Origin: Bacillales bacterium UBA1719
GTDB lineage: Bacteria; Bacillota_I; Bacilli_A; RFN20; CAG-826
Length of the DNA: 34,238 nt
Reading direction: 5' to 3'
Assembly (NCBI GenBank): GCA_002317145.1
Contig: DCIT01000030.1
Coordinates: forward strand, 3,580-37,817
A model generated the notes under the pieces. That model was not told the DNA's origin. It did not search any database and saw only the letters and a list, made by a program, of their open reading frames with translations. Positions 27,088-34,238 of the stretch are shown here, piece by piece. Within the stretch, counting starts at the first letter, position 1. Each line of letters begins with the position of its first letter. Made by a program: the position numbers and the translations under genes.

Positions 27088-27567
27088 CTACGCGATTTCC
27101 TTTAATAACAAATAGATTGCATCCTCTACTACTGCTTTTCTTATCGAATTTCTATTGCCTTTATAGACTTTAGTGAAATTAATTATCTTATTTTTATTTG
27201 GTTTACATAATATAGCAATATGTGCTCTACCAACTTCGGCCTTGCCTTTTTCTTTAGATGGACCAGCGTTACCAGTAAACGAAATAACATAATCAGTTTT
27301 AAGTAACTTATAACCTTCTTTTACCATTGCTTCCGCAACTTGTTTACTTACTACTCCATATTTATCTATATATCCTTTTGATATCTTTAATAAACTAGTT
27401 TTAAAAGAAGATTGATAAGTTACTAATCCTCCTTTAACTGTTTTAGATGCGCCTGGAATAGAGGCTAAAGTAGAAATAAATAATCCCGCAGTTAAAGATT
27501 CAACACTACCAATCGTGTATCCTTTTTTAATTAAAGTATTAACTAATTTATTTTCTCTTTTTTCCAT
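27088..27567 (-). CDS. CinA C-terminal-domain protein (PncC-family nicotinamide-nucleotide amidohydrolase)
   Basis: 159 aa with SVESLTAGL and ISFTGNAGP motifs, in the conserved position between pgsA and recA. Confidence 0.85.
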   Translation of the reverse strand: MEKRENKLVNTLIKKGYTIGSVESLTAGLFISTLASIPGASKTVKGGLVTYQSSFKTSLLKISKGYIDKYGVVSKQVAEAMVKEGYKLLKTDYVISFTGNAGPSKEKGKAEVGRAHIAILCKPNKNKIINFTKVYKGNRNSIRKAVVEDAIYLLLKEIA

Positions 27568-28213
27568 CTTCTTTAAATACTTTACGATTTTGAATTACGT
27601 ATATTATTCCGCTAACTAATGAAACTACAGTTGTTAAGTATGCTAAGAATGAAACGATTCTTAAATACTTGCCCCAACCAATATCAAAATAGGTGAAAGG
27701 CCAACCATTAAGTAAGATTAAAGGAATAGTGATCATTTGACATACAGTCTTTGCTTTGCCAAATATATTCGCAGCAATAACAACATTCTTTTTTGCTGCC
27801 ACAAATCTTAAACAATCAACTACAATATCTCTAGCAATCATAACAATTACTAAATAAACAGGAATAACGTATTGGTCTCCTCCTACATAACATCTATCGT
27901 ATATGCATAAGAAAATAAGCATTGAATTAACTAATAATTTATCAGCAACCGGGTCTAAGAACTTACCTAAGTCTGTTACTTGATTCCATTTTCTTGCTAA
28001 TTTTCCATCTATCATATCTGTAATTGCCGCTAATATAAAAATGATACAAACAACTAGATATACAGGATTAATTCCTGTTTTACCTATATATGTAGGAATC
28101 GAAGAGCAAAATATTGGATTAGCTAAACATACAATTTCAAAAATTGCTAATCCTAATAGCATAGCAATTATTGCAATAATTCTACTAACAGTAATTTTTG
28201 TTGGAATATTCAT
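27548..28213 (-). CDS. pgsA: CDP-diacylglycerol--glycerol-3-phosphate 3-phosphatidyltransferase
   Basis: DGKLAR....T.LGKFLDPVADK CDP-alcohol phosphatidyltransferase motif and multiple TM helices. The ATG at 28213 forms an ATGA overlap with the upstream gene's stop. The maximal ORF begins at a TTG at 28219. Confidence 0.9.
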   Translation of the reverse strand: MNIPTKITVSRIIAIIAMLLGLAIFEIVCLANPIFCSSIPTYIGKTGINPVYLVVCIIFILAAITDMIDGKLARKWNQVTDLGKFLDPVADKLLVNSMLIFLCIYDRCYVGGDQYVIPVYLVIVMIARDIVVDCLRFVAAKKNVVIAANIFGKAKTVCQMITIPLILLNGWPFTYFDIGWGKYLRIVSFLAYLTTVVSLVSGIIYVIQNRKVFKEDGKKRK

Positions 28214-28710
28214 ATGCAATTATTATAACTATTATCATGCTTGTTTATTAATCTTTTTAATATTTTTACGCCTTCTGTTGTATAGTCGTTATTTTTATAA
28301 TTAATATTGTCAATAATTCTAATAGCAGCCTCTTCCAATCCGAATGTATGATAAATATTATAATATTTAATTATATCTTTACCTGGTAACAATTTATAAA
28401 CATGTTTGCTTGGTAAATTATATAAAAAAGATATACATCCATAAATATTGCCAATCCAATACATTTGATTCCTGCTATATGTATTTTTTACACCATAATT
28501 ATTGTATTGTTTATTAAGTTCATAAATAGGTTCATTAATAGTGTTACTTGTAGCTAAATATGTTTTGTCGAAATATGTTTTTGAAACATCATTAAAAATA
28601 AATCTTCGGATAAACATATCAGAACTAAATTTAGATAACTCTATTGATTGTTCAAATATTTTACCAATAGTTTTGCATAATTTACGTTCATTGCTATCTA
28701 ATTTTCTCAT
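28210..28710 (-). CDS. DUF3791-like protein (166 aa), partner of the HTH/DUF3990-like gene
   Basis: The C-terminal half (IIKYYNIYHTFGLEEAAIRIIDNI) resembles my recollection of the DUF3791 signature. There are ATGA overlaps at both ends. Confidence 0.55.
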   Translation of the reverse strand: MRKLDSNERKLCKTIGKIFEQSIELSKFSSDMFIRRFIFNDVSKTYFDKTYLATSNTINEPIYELNKQYNNYGVKNTYSRNQMYWIGNIYGCISFLYNLPSKHVYKLLPGKDIIKYYNIYHTFGLEEAAIRIIDNINYKNNDYTTEGVKILKRLINKHDNSYNNCI

Positions 28711-29558
28711 ACAAGTATCTCGTCTATATAACGTCCCTTATTTCTATATTTGACTCTAGCATTCTTAACAGTTTCTTGAGATTCTATGTTCAAATCTAAT
28801 CTTTCATTCACTAAACTATTTTTTTCATTCGTAGACAAATATTGATCCTTTAGTAATTTTAATTTATTCAAACCTCTTTCAGTTCTAATGACATACTGCA
28901 TACCTAGGTTAGTAGCAACTAAAGAATGCTGGCATTGTTGATCTGTTATTTCACCATTTACAAATTCATCGATAATATCAAACATTCTATTATCTGCAAT
29001 CGGTGCTATTATCACATCTATTCCTTTTAATTTATTAACTAGTTTTTTTAAGTAATTTGTTTTTTCGTACTTGTTTAGTAATCCCCTATAATAAGATATT
29101 GTAATCATCCAATCTGTATTAACTTGAAACCTATAAACACGCAATGTATCTAAATTTAAACTGTATGCATAAACCTTATTAGATTTACTATTAGCAATGT
29201 AAATAGCAGCTTGTTTAAAGGTTTCTCCTAAATAGAAGCCAACACCAAAATCATTTTCTTTTTTAGAATGTTTAAAATCTAATGGCATTATTAATTTATT
29301 CTTGCAACCATGAAATAATAATTTTTTATTTTGCTTATTACATTCTTCCAAAAAATAGCGTTCAAATATTTCATTAAAACGTATGTTCTTTGAAAATGCA
29401 TAGTTGTATATTTTATCTATATTGTTATTTTCTATTATGTTTTTTTTCTTTTCCCATCTTTTAACACTTAAAACAGGAATACTTAGATTATCCGCTAATT
29501 CTTTTTGAGTTTGGTGCAGTAACTCTCTTAATATTTTTAATTCTTTATCAACAAACAT
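28707..29558 (-). CDS. XRE-type HTH fused to a DUF3990-like domain with a PARP-like H-Y-Q motif set
   Basis: N-terminal LRELLHQTQKELADNLSIPVLSVKRWEK helix-turn-helix. This is followed by LLFHGC (H83), FGVGFYLGE (Y109) and GMQYVIRTE (Q221). SD AAGGAG lies 5 nt upstream of the ATG. Confidence 0.6.
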   Translation of the reverse strand: MFVDKELKILRELLHQTQKELADNLSIPVLSVKRWEKKKNIIENNNIDKIYNYAFSKNIRFNEIFERYFLEECNKQNKKLLFHGCKNKLIMPLDFKHSKKENDFGVGFYLGETFKQAAIYIANSKSNKVYAYSLNLDTLRVYRFQVNTDWMITISYYRGLLNKYEKTNYLKKLVNKLKGIDVIIAPIADNRMFDIIDEFVNGEITDQQCQHSLVATNLGMQYVIRTERGLNKLKLLKDQYLSTNEKNSLVNERLDLNIESQETVKNARVKYRNKGRYIDEILV

Positions 29559-29604
29559 ATAATCTCCTTAATTATAAATTAAAATATAAAATATACAACT
29601 AATT

Positions 29605-29620
29605 AGTATCAAATGATACT
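29605..29620. promoter_or_regulatory. Perfect 7-2-7 palindrome AGTATCA-AA-TGATACT upstream of the HTH gene (putative operator)
   Basis: Read directly from the sequence. It lies about 45 nt upstream of the start codon, in the only intergenic space available for the operon promoter. Confidence 0.45.
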
Positions 29621-29684
29621 TTTTACTTTAATTGTGTATTTATGTAAATAAACAATAACACAAATAAGATATAACGGAGTTTCA

Positions 29685-29710
29685 ATAAAAAAATCTACTT
29701 AACAGTAGAT
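29685..29710 (-). terminator. rnpB terminator
   Basis: Minus strand: ATCTACT-GTTA-AGTAGAT followed by TTTTTTTATT. Confidence 0.75.
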
Positions 29711-29717
29711 TCCTTTA

Positions 29718-30060
29718 TTACTCCAATCCGATAAGCCATGTTCTGTCGAGGGTGACAATTTATCTAAGTATATCGCTATACTTGCTAATTAAACTTCAGT
29801 TTGTTTAATTAACTTCCCTTACCATATAATTTAGGTTTCTCGCTTGCGGGGTTTACCAACGTTTCACTCCTATAATTTCTTATAGGCTCGTCTCTGTGGC
29901 ACTTTATGGAACTTATTATCCTTTAGGGATGCGGTTCCGCCGTTACATGTTCCCATATACCTAGCCTTATTTTTTAGACTAGCACAATCACTACACTCAT
30001 CGCAGAATGTGCGAGCATGGACTTTCCTCTAGTTAGACTAGCAGTCACCTAGATTGAAGT
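29718..30060 (-). ncRNA. rnpB: RNase P RNA (bacterial type B-like)
   Basis: The minus strand contains GAGGAAAGTCCATGCTCGCAC near the 5' end, AAAGTGCCACAGAGACGA, GGTAAACCCCGCAAGCGAGAAACC, and ACAGAACATGGCTTATCGG near the 3' end. P1 pairing occurs between ACTTCAATC and GGATTGGAGT. The region is markedly GC-richer than its surroundings. End coordinates are good to within about 5 nt. Confidence 0.9.
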
Positions 30061-30084
30061 AGATAAATAATATACTAAGAAAAA

Positions 30085-30112
30085 TAAAAGGGCAAATTTT
30101 CATTGCCCTCTT
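30085..30112 (-). terminator. Terminator of the ABC transporter operon
   Basis: Minus strand: AGGGCAA-TGAAAAT-TTGCCCT followed by TTTTATTTTT. Confidence 0.8.
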
Positions 30113-30128
30113 ATCTTTAATTAATTAT

Positions 30129-31115
30129 TTATCTATCTTCACGGAAGTAACTTAATCCCAGTGACTCAGGAGCTTTATTACTCTTAAATTTAAATACGCT
30201 TGTAACAATTAATACAATGATTGTCATAACGTAAGGTAACATTTCCATTAAATGTCTATTCGCGCCTGAGAAGGACATAACGTTAGGGAGAGTTGCTAAG
30301 ATAGAGAAGACAAAGCTTCCTAAAATTGCTAAACTTGGTTTCCACATTGAGAAGATAACTAACGCTACTGCTAACCAACCATAAGATTCCATATCCATAC
30401 TTGCTGGGTCAACACCACCACCATGATCCATGATTAAATATAATCCACCTAAAGAAGCAATCATGGCACCAACCATGGTTGTTAAGTATCTATATTTAGT
30501 TACATTAATTCCGGTAGAATCAGCAGAGCTTGGATTTTCACCAACTGATCTAATCGCTAAACCTAAGTTGGTTTTCTTTAAAGTGAATCCAACTAAGATA
30601 GCAATTAAGATTGCAAAGTAAGTTAAGAATCCATGAGAGAACAATACTTCAACAAAGAAGTTTAATTCACTAGTAACCTTACCTGGGAAAATCATTGACT
30701 TAAAATAATTGCCTGCATAGAAGAGATAATCGAAGTTTAAGAATTTGCTGCTTGTAAAGAAGAATGTTGTAATAGCAACACCAAATGTTGTTAAACATAA
30801 TCCAACAACATTTTGATTACATCTTAACGAAACAGTAAAGAAGGAGAATAATAATCCGGCAATCGCACCAAATAAGATTGTAAATATAATAGGTATAAAG
30901 ATACATAAGAAGACATTAGGTGCAGCTGGGTTCGGAATATTATTAATGTATAAACATTCACCTATAACACCACCTAAGCCACCTAAAGCAATGATGCCTG
31001 GAATACCCATATTTAAGTGACCAGATTTTTCTGTAACAATTTCACCAGTCGAACCAAATAAGAATACGGTTAATAAAGAAATGGAGTTCTTTAATAATAA
31101 TTGAAATACTGCCAT
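30129..31115 (-). CDS. ABC transporter permease (CUT2 / BMP-nucleoside-type)
   Basis: 328-aa polytopic membrane protein, last gene of the operon, 1 nt after the preceding permease gene. Confidence 0.8.
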   Translation of the reverse strand: MAVFQLLLKNSISLLTVFLFGSTGEIVTEKSGHLNMGIPGIIALGGLGGVIGECLYINNIPNPAAPNVFLCIFIPIIFTILFGAIAGLLFSFFTVSLRCNQNVVGLCLTTFGVAITTFFFTSSKFLNFDYLFYAGNYFKSMIFPGKVTSELNFFVEVLFSHGFLTYFAILIAILVGFTLKKTNLGLAIRSVGENPSSADSTGINVTKYRYLTTMVGAMIASLGGLYLIMDHGGGVDPASMDMESYGWLAVALVIFSMWKPSLAILGSFVFSILATLPNVMSFSGANRHLMEMLPYVMTIIVLIVTSVFKFKSNKAPESLGLSYFREDR

Positions 31116-31116
31116 A

Positions 31117-32319
31117 TTATTTGCCCTCCTTTTTAGCTACTTGAGGTGTGACTTGATTTGCCTCCGCCTCTTCTTTTTTCTTAAATAATTTAGGGAATTT
31201 TGCGTGCATCCAGTTTTCAATCTTTTCAGAACGAATTTGATAGTTAACAAAGAATTCGCAAGCAATTAAAACAAAGAAGCAAACTGATAACATAATGTTA
31301 GGGAATGCAGTATTGTAATTGACTGATCTACTACCTTTAGTAATGAATGCGCAGATTAAGGAATATAATCCAATTTCGATTGGTCCTAATCCAGCAATCC
31401 AAGCAATCATAACACCAGTAAATCCACGACCAGAAACGATTGTAGATGTTAAGTTGTTATGTTCGCCTGCTAAGAGTAAGCAGCCAATTAATCCGCAAAC
31501 AGCACCACTAACAATCATTGTTCTCATAATTACTTTCTTAACATTAATACCAACGTATTTGGCGGTTCTTTGTGATCCACCAACGACATTAATTTCATAA
31601 CCGTGTTTGGTGTATCTTAAATAGACAAAGATAATTGCCGCAACAACTACAGCGATAATTAAGTTAAGTACTAATTGAGAACCACCAATCTTTGGTAAAT
31701 ATGTTAATTCATCAAATGCTTGGATATCACCTTTTACTGGATCCCAAGTCATAATTACAACTTTAGTTAATAAAATCGCAATATAGTTCATCATTAATGT
31801 AAATAATGTTTCGTTTGTTTTAAATTTGGCTTTGAAAAATGCTGGGATAAATCCCCATAAAGCACCAGCGATCATTGACATCGCAAATGTAACAACGAAG
31901 AATAAGAAACGCATACCTGCACTTTGTAAATTCATTGCCGGGCCTAAATATTTTTGCATGACAGCACACATTAAGATGCCAACAACGATTTGACCTTCAG
32001 CACCGATGTTCCAGAATTTCATTTTAAATGCTGGGACTAATGCTAAAGCAATTAACAATAGAATTACTGTATTTTCTAATAAGTCGAGAATTTTAGTAGC
32101 AGATGCTCCGCCAGTTCTAGAATTAACGAAACAGGCATTAAATATTTTAGAGAAGAATCCTCCAAATGTTCCGCCCATACCCATGGAAATAAATGCGCAG
32201 ATTAAAAATGCTACACCAATAGCAGCAACTTTAATAATCCATTTGTTTCTTAAAGATATATCTTGTTTCTTGACTATATGAAACAAAGGATTGTGTTTTG
32301 CTTTTTTAACTTGTTCCAT
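31117..32319 (-). CDS. ABC transporter permease (CUT2 / BMP-nucleoside-type)
   Basis: 400-aa polytopic membrane protein. Its start overlaps the ATPase stop by 1 nt. Confidence 0.8.
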   Translation of the reverse strand: MEQVKKAKHNPLFHIVKKQDISLRNKWIIKVAAIGVAFLICAFISMGMGGTFGGFFSKIFNACFVNSRTGGASATKILDLLENTVILLLIALALVPAFKMKFWNIGAEGQIVVGILMCAVMQKYLGPAMNLQSAGMRFLFFVVTFAMSMIAGALWGFIPAFFKAKFKTNETLFTLMMNYIAILLTKVVIMTWDPVKGDIQAFDELTYLPKIGGSQLVLNLIIAVVVAAIIFVYLRYTKHGYEINVVGGSQRTAKYVGINVKKVIMRTMIVSGAVCGLIGCLLLAGEHNNLTSTIVSGRGFTGVMIAWIAGLGPIEIGLYSLICAFITKGSRSVNYNTAFPNIMLSVCFFVLIACEFFVNYQIRSEKIENWMHAKFPKLFKKKEEAEANQVTPQVAKKEGK

Positions 32320-34175
32320 TATCTTGCACCTCCTGCAGTCATTAATTGTCCAACTTGATGCTTTGTAGCTTTTCTACCATCAAGTTCTCCAGTGATCTTG
32401 CCATTATTCATAACGATAATACGATCACATAATTCAAGCATGACGTCGATATCTTCACCAACGAAGATAATCGCGCAGCCTTTTTCTTTTTGTTTGTTTA
32501 ATAAATCATAAATAGTATATGAAGAATTAATATCTAGACCTCTAACAGGATAAGCAGCAGTTAAAACATATGGGCTAGAAGAGATTTCTCTACCAACTAA
32601 TAATTTTTGGATGTTACCACCAGATAACTTAGAAACTTGTGTCTTTAAGTTAGGAGTGACAACGTTTAATTGTTTAACAACTTCTTTTGATAATTTAGTT
32701 GGGATAGCATGATTTAACATACCAAATTGACCTTTACGGTAGTTACGTAACATCATGTTATCAACAATATCCATACTTCCAACTAAGCCCATACCTAATC
32801 TATCTTCTGGGACATAGCTAGAACGAATACCATAGTCTTTCAATTGACGAGGAGACATACCACGAACGTTGATGATTTCATCTTCGTTAAAGATAATGTG
32901 ACCATCATCGATTAACTGTACAACTTTCTTATGTGGCATTCCTTTGAAGTCAACAGGTTTTCCTGTTTCTAAATAATGGAACGCTCCTTTCTTCGCCATC
33001 TCTTTAATTACTTTTACTGACTTATGGAATAAGGTAACTGGTTTATTTTTCTTTGGGTGATGATAAATTAATTCACCTTCATCACCTTGCTCTAATCCAG
33101 ATAAGACTTGTAATAATTCTTTTTGTCCTGATCCAGCAATACCAGCAATACCAAGTATTTCTCCACCATTTGCAGTGAAGGTGATATTGTCTAATGCTTT
33201 ATTGCCTTCTTCATCAGTATAAGAAATATTCTTTACATATAATCTAGGAGCAACGTTCTCCATTCTCTTTCTTTCAATATGTAATGATGTTTTAGCTCCA
33301 ACCATTAAGTCTGTTAATTCTTTTTCACTTGCTTTCGCAGTTTCAACAGTCTTAATGTATTTTCCTTTTCTCATAATTAAAACTCTATCGGAGACTGCTT
33401 TAACTTCATTTAATTTATGAGTAATTAAGATAATTGATTTTCCTTGAGTCTTCATGTGTTTTAAAGTCTTAAAGAATATTTCGATTTCTTGAGGGGTGAG
33501 AACTGCAGTAGGTTCATCAAGAATTAAAATATCAACACCTCTATATAAGGTTTTAATAATTTCTACTGATTGTTTTTCGGAGACTGACATCTCGCTAACT
33601 AATTTAGTTAAGTCAACGTGGAAACCGTTATCTTTAGCAATTTTAATAACTTTCTTTCCGCGCGATTTATTTAATACTCCAAGTCCTGAAGCGATTTTCT
33701 TACCCATTGCTTTGAAGTACATTGGAACATAACTCATAGAGTTTTTAAATTTCTCACCATTGGTTTTTAAATTTTTGTTCTCATCTTTCTTACAAGCTCT
33801 CATGGCTTTAAATTCATCACAAGCACGGAACTTATCATCTTTAGTACCTAATAAAATATTATCGATACCATTAAAAACATTAATTAATTTAAAATGTTGA
33901 TGGACCATTCCAATATGATATTGATAAGCTTCATGAGGTGAATGGATTGTAGCATCTTTACCATTAACTTTCATGGTTCCATGATCTGGGAAATAAATTC
34001 CATCAATAACGTTCATTAAAGAAGTTTTACCAGAACCATTTTCACCTAAGATTGCAAGAATCTCACCTTTATATAAGGTTAAGGAAGCATCATCAAGGGC
34101 TTTGACTTTACCAAAGCTCTTAGAAACATGAGATAACTCTAATGCAATTTTTTTATTTTCGTTTTTCATTTTCAT
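32319..34175 (-). CDS. Tandem-NBD ABC transporter ATP-binding protein (CUT2 type) with large insertions in both NBDs
   Basis: NBD1 has GENGSGKTS, MSVSEKQ and ILILDEPT. NBD2 has a degenerate GIAGSGQKE, LSGGNIQK and PVRGLD. SD AGGAGG favours the second ATG (about 34169) as the start. Confidence 0.88.
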   Translation of the reverse strand: MKMKNENKKIALELSHVSKSFGKVKALDDASLTLYKGEILAILGENGSGKTSLMNVIDGIYFPDHGTMKVNGKDATIHSPHEAYQYHIGMVHQHFKLINVFNGIDNILLGTKDDKFRACDEFKAMRACKKDENKNLKTNGEKFKNSMSYVPMYFKAMGKKIASGLGVLNKSRGKKVIKIAKDNGFHVDLTKLVSEMSVSEKQSVEIIKTLYRGVDILILDEPTAVLTPQEIEIFFKTLKHMKTQGKSIILITHKLNEVKAVSDRVLIMRKGKYIKTVETAKASEKELTDLMVGAKTSLHIERKRMENVAPRLYVKNISYTDEEGNKALDNITFTANGGEILGIAGIAGSGQKELLQVLSGLEQGDEGELIYHHPKKNKPVTLFHKSVKVIKEMAKKGAFHYLETGKPVDFKGMPHKKVVQLIDDGHIIFNEDEIINVRGMSPRQLKDYGIRSSYVPEDRLGMGLVGSMDIVDNMMLRNYRKGQFGMLNHAIPTKLSKEVVKQLNVVTPNLKTQVSKLSGGNIQKLLVGREISSSPYVLTAAYPVRGLDINSSYTIYDLLNKQKEKGCAIIFVGEDIDVMLELCDRIIVMNNGKITGELDGRKATKHQVGQLMTAGGAR

Positions 34176-34185
34176 TACCTCCTAT

Positions 34186-34238
34186 TAGTTAAGTGGATCA
34201 ATGCCATCTATTATTAAATCAAAGTATGGAGCGGATCT
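34186..34238 (-). CDS. 3' end of an upstream ORF (...RSAPYFDLIIDGIDPLN*). Context suggests the transporter's substrate-binding lipoprotein, but the fragment is too short to tell
   Basis: The open frame on the minus strand runs to the window edge and stops about 10 nt before the ATPase SD. My hand count in the last two printed lines differs by 1 nt from the ORF track, so the coordinates may be off by 1. Confidence 0.35.

Noticed and set aside
28707-29558. RodZ, the XRE-HTH protein found immediately upstream of pgsA in Bacillus
   Set aside because: The 283-aa protein has no transmembrane segment or RodZ C-terminal domain. After the HTH it carries the HG / GFY / QYV motif set instead.
165-33732. 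Many 60-160-aa ORFs antisense to, or out of frame with, long genes (for example 165-419, 955-1182, 4506-4727, 5228-5437, 7547-7735, 8551-8766, 9211-9435, 10928-11377, 12169-12900, 14206-15698, 22644-22874, 24163-24417, 25208-25732, 26830-27057, 28041-28304, 28541-28753, 30430-30621, 31319-31600, 32006-32281, 33496-33732)
   Set aside because: - Each lies inside a longer ORF that has clear family motifs.
- Their translations are low-complexity (Leu/Ile/Ser/Phe-rich), as expected from the reverse complement of AT-rich coding DNA.
- None has an SD comparable to the real genes.
1-34238. Genetic code 4 (TGA = Trp), as in Mycoplasma and Spiroplasma
   Set aside because: Long ORFs are intact under the standard code. 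TGA terminates genes at sensible ATGA overlaps (28210-28213 and 28707-28710).
1-34238. CRISPR arrays, transposases or integrases, prophage genes, tRNA or rRNA genes
   Set aside because: - There are no regularly spaced 25-40-bp repeats.
- No recombinase-like ORFs are present.
- No cloverleaf-capable GC-rich 75-nt segments were noticed.
- The only structured RNA recognised is rnpB.

Overview
This is a low-GC chromosomal window from a Firmicutes or Mollicutes-related bacterium that uses the standard genetic code: TGA acts as a stop in several ATGA gene overlaps. Nearly all genes lie on the minus strand. The housekeeping backbone follows a Bacillus-like order, pgsA-cinA-recA ... rny ... miaB. It also carries a NuoE/NuoF-like flavoprotein module, an Asp23/DAK2 (FakA-like) pair, mgtE, fhs plus a DUF951 gene, a MiaA-TcdA fusion, RNase P RNA, and a CUT2-type ABC transporter operon.

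Accessory material is inserted into this backbone:
- Two tandem giant surface proteins share an 87 percent identical 5' cassette that encodes a His/Tyr-rich cytoplasmic domain plus a TM anchor.
- A roughly 6 kb insertion between recA and rny holds a Walker ATPase with a wHTH, preceded by a helically phased GACAA repeat array. It also holds an orphan 216-aa protein and two paralogous beta-helix lipoproteins, one with a G7 tract at its ribosome-binding site.
- A GNAT/RHH (TacT/TacA-like) toxin-antitoxin pair sits between rny and miaB.
- A BspA-type LRR lipoprotein is present.
- A pair of very small ORFs (19 and 20 codons) with perfect Shine-Dalgarno sequences lies downstream of the fhs operon.
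- An XRE-HTH fused to a PARP-like H-Y-Q (DUF3990-like) domain, plus a DUF3791-like partner, is translationally coupled by ATGA overlaps to pgsA-cinA-recA.

The last module is my best candidate for an undescribed conflict or regulatory system. I saw no CRISPR array, transposase, integrase, tRNA or rRNA. All domain names come from motif recognition by eye and need HMM or structure confirmation.
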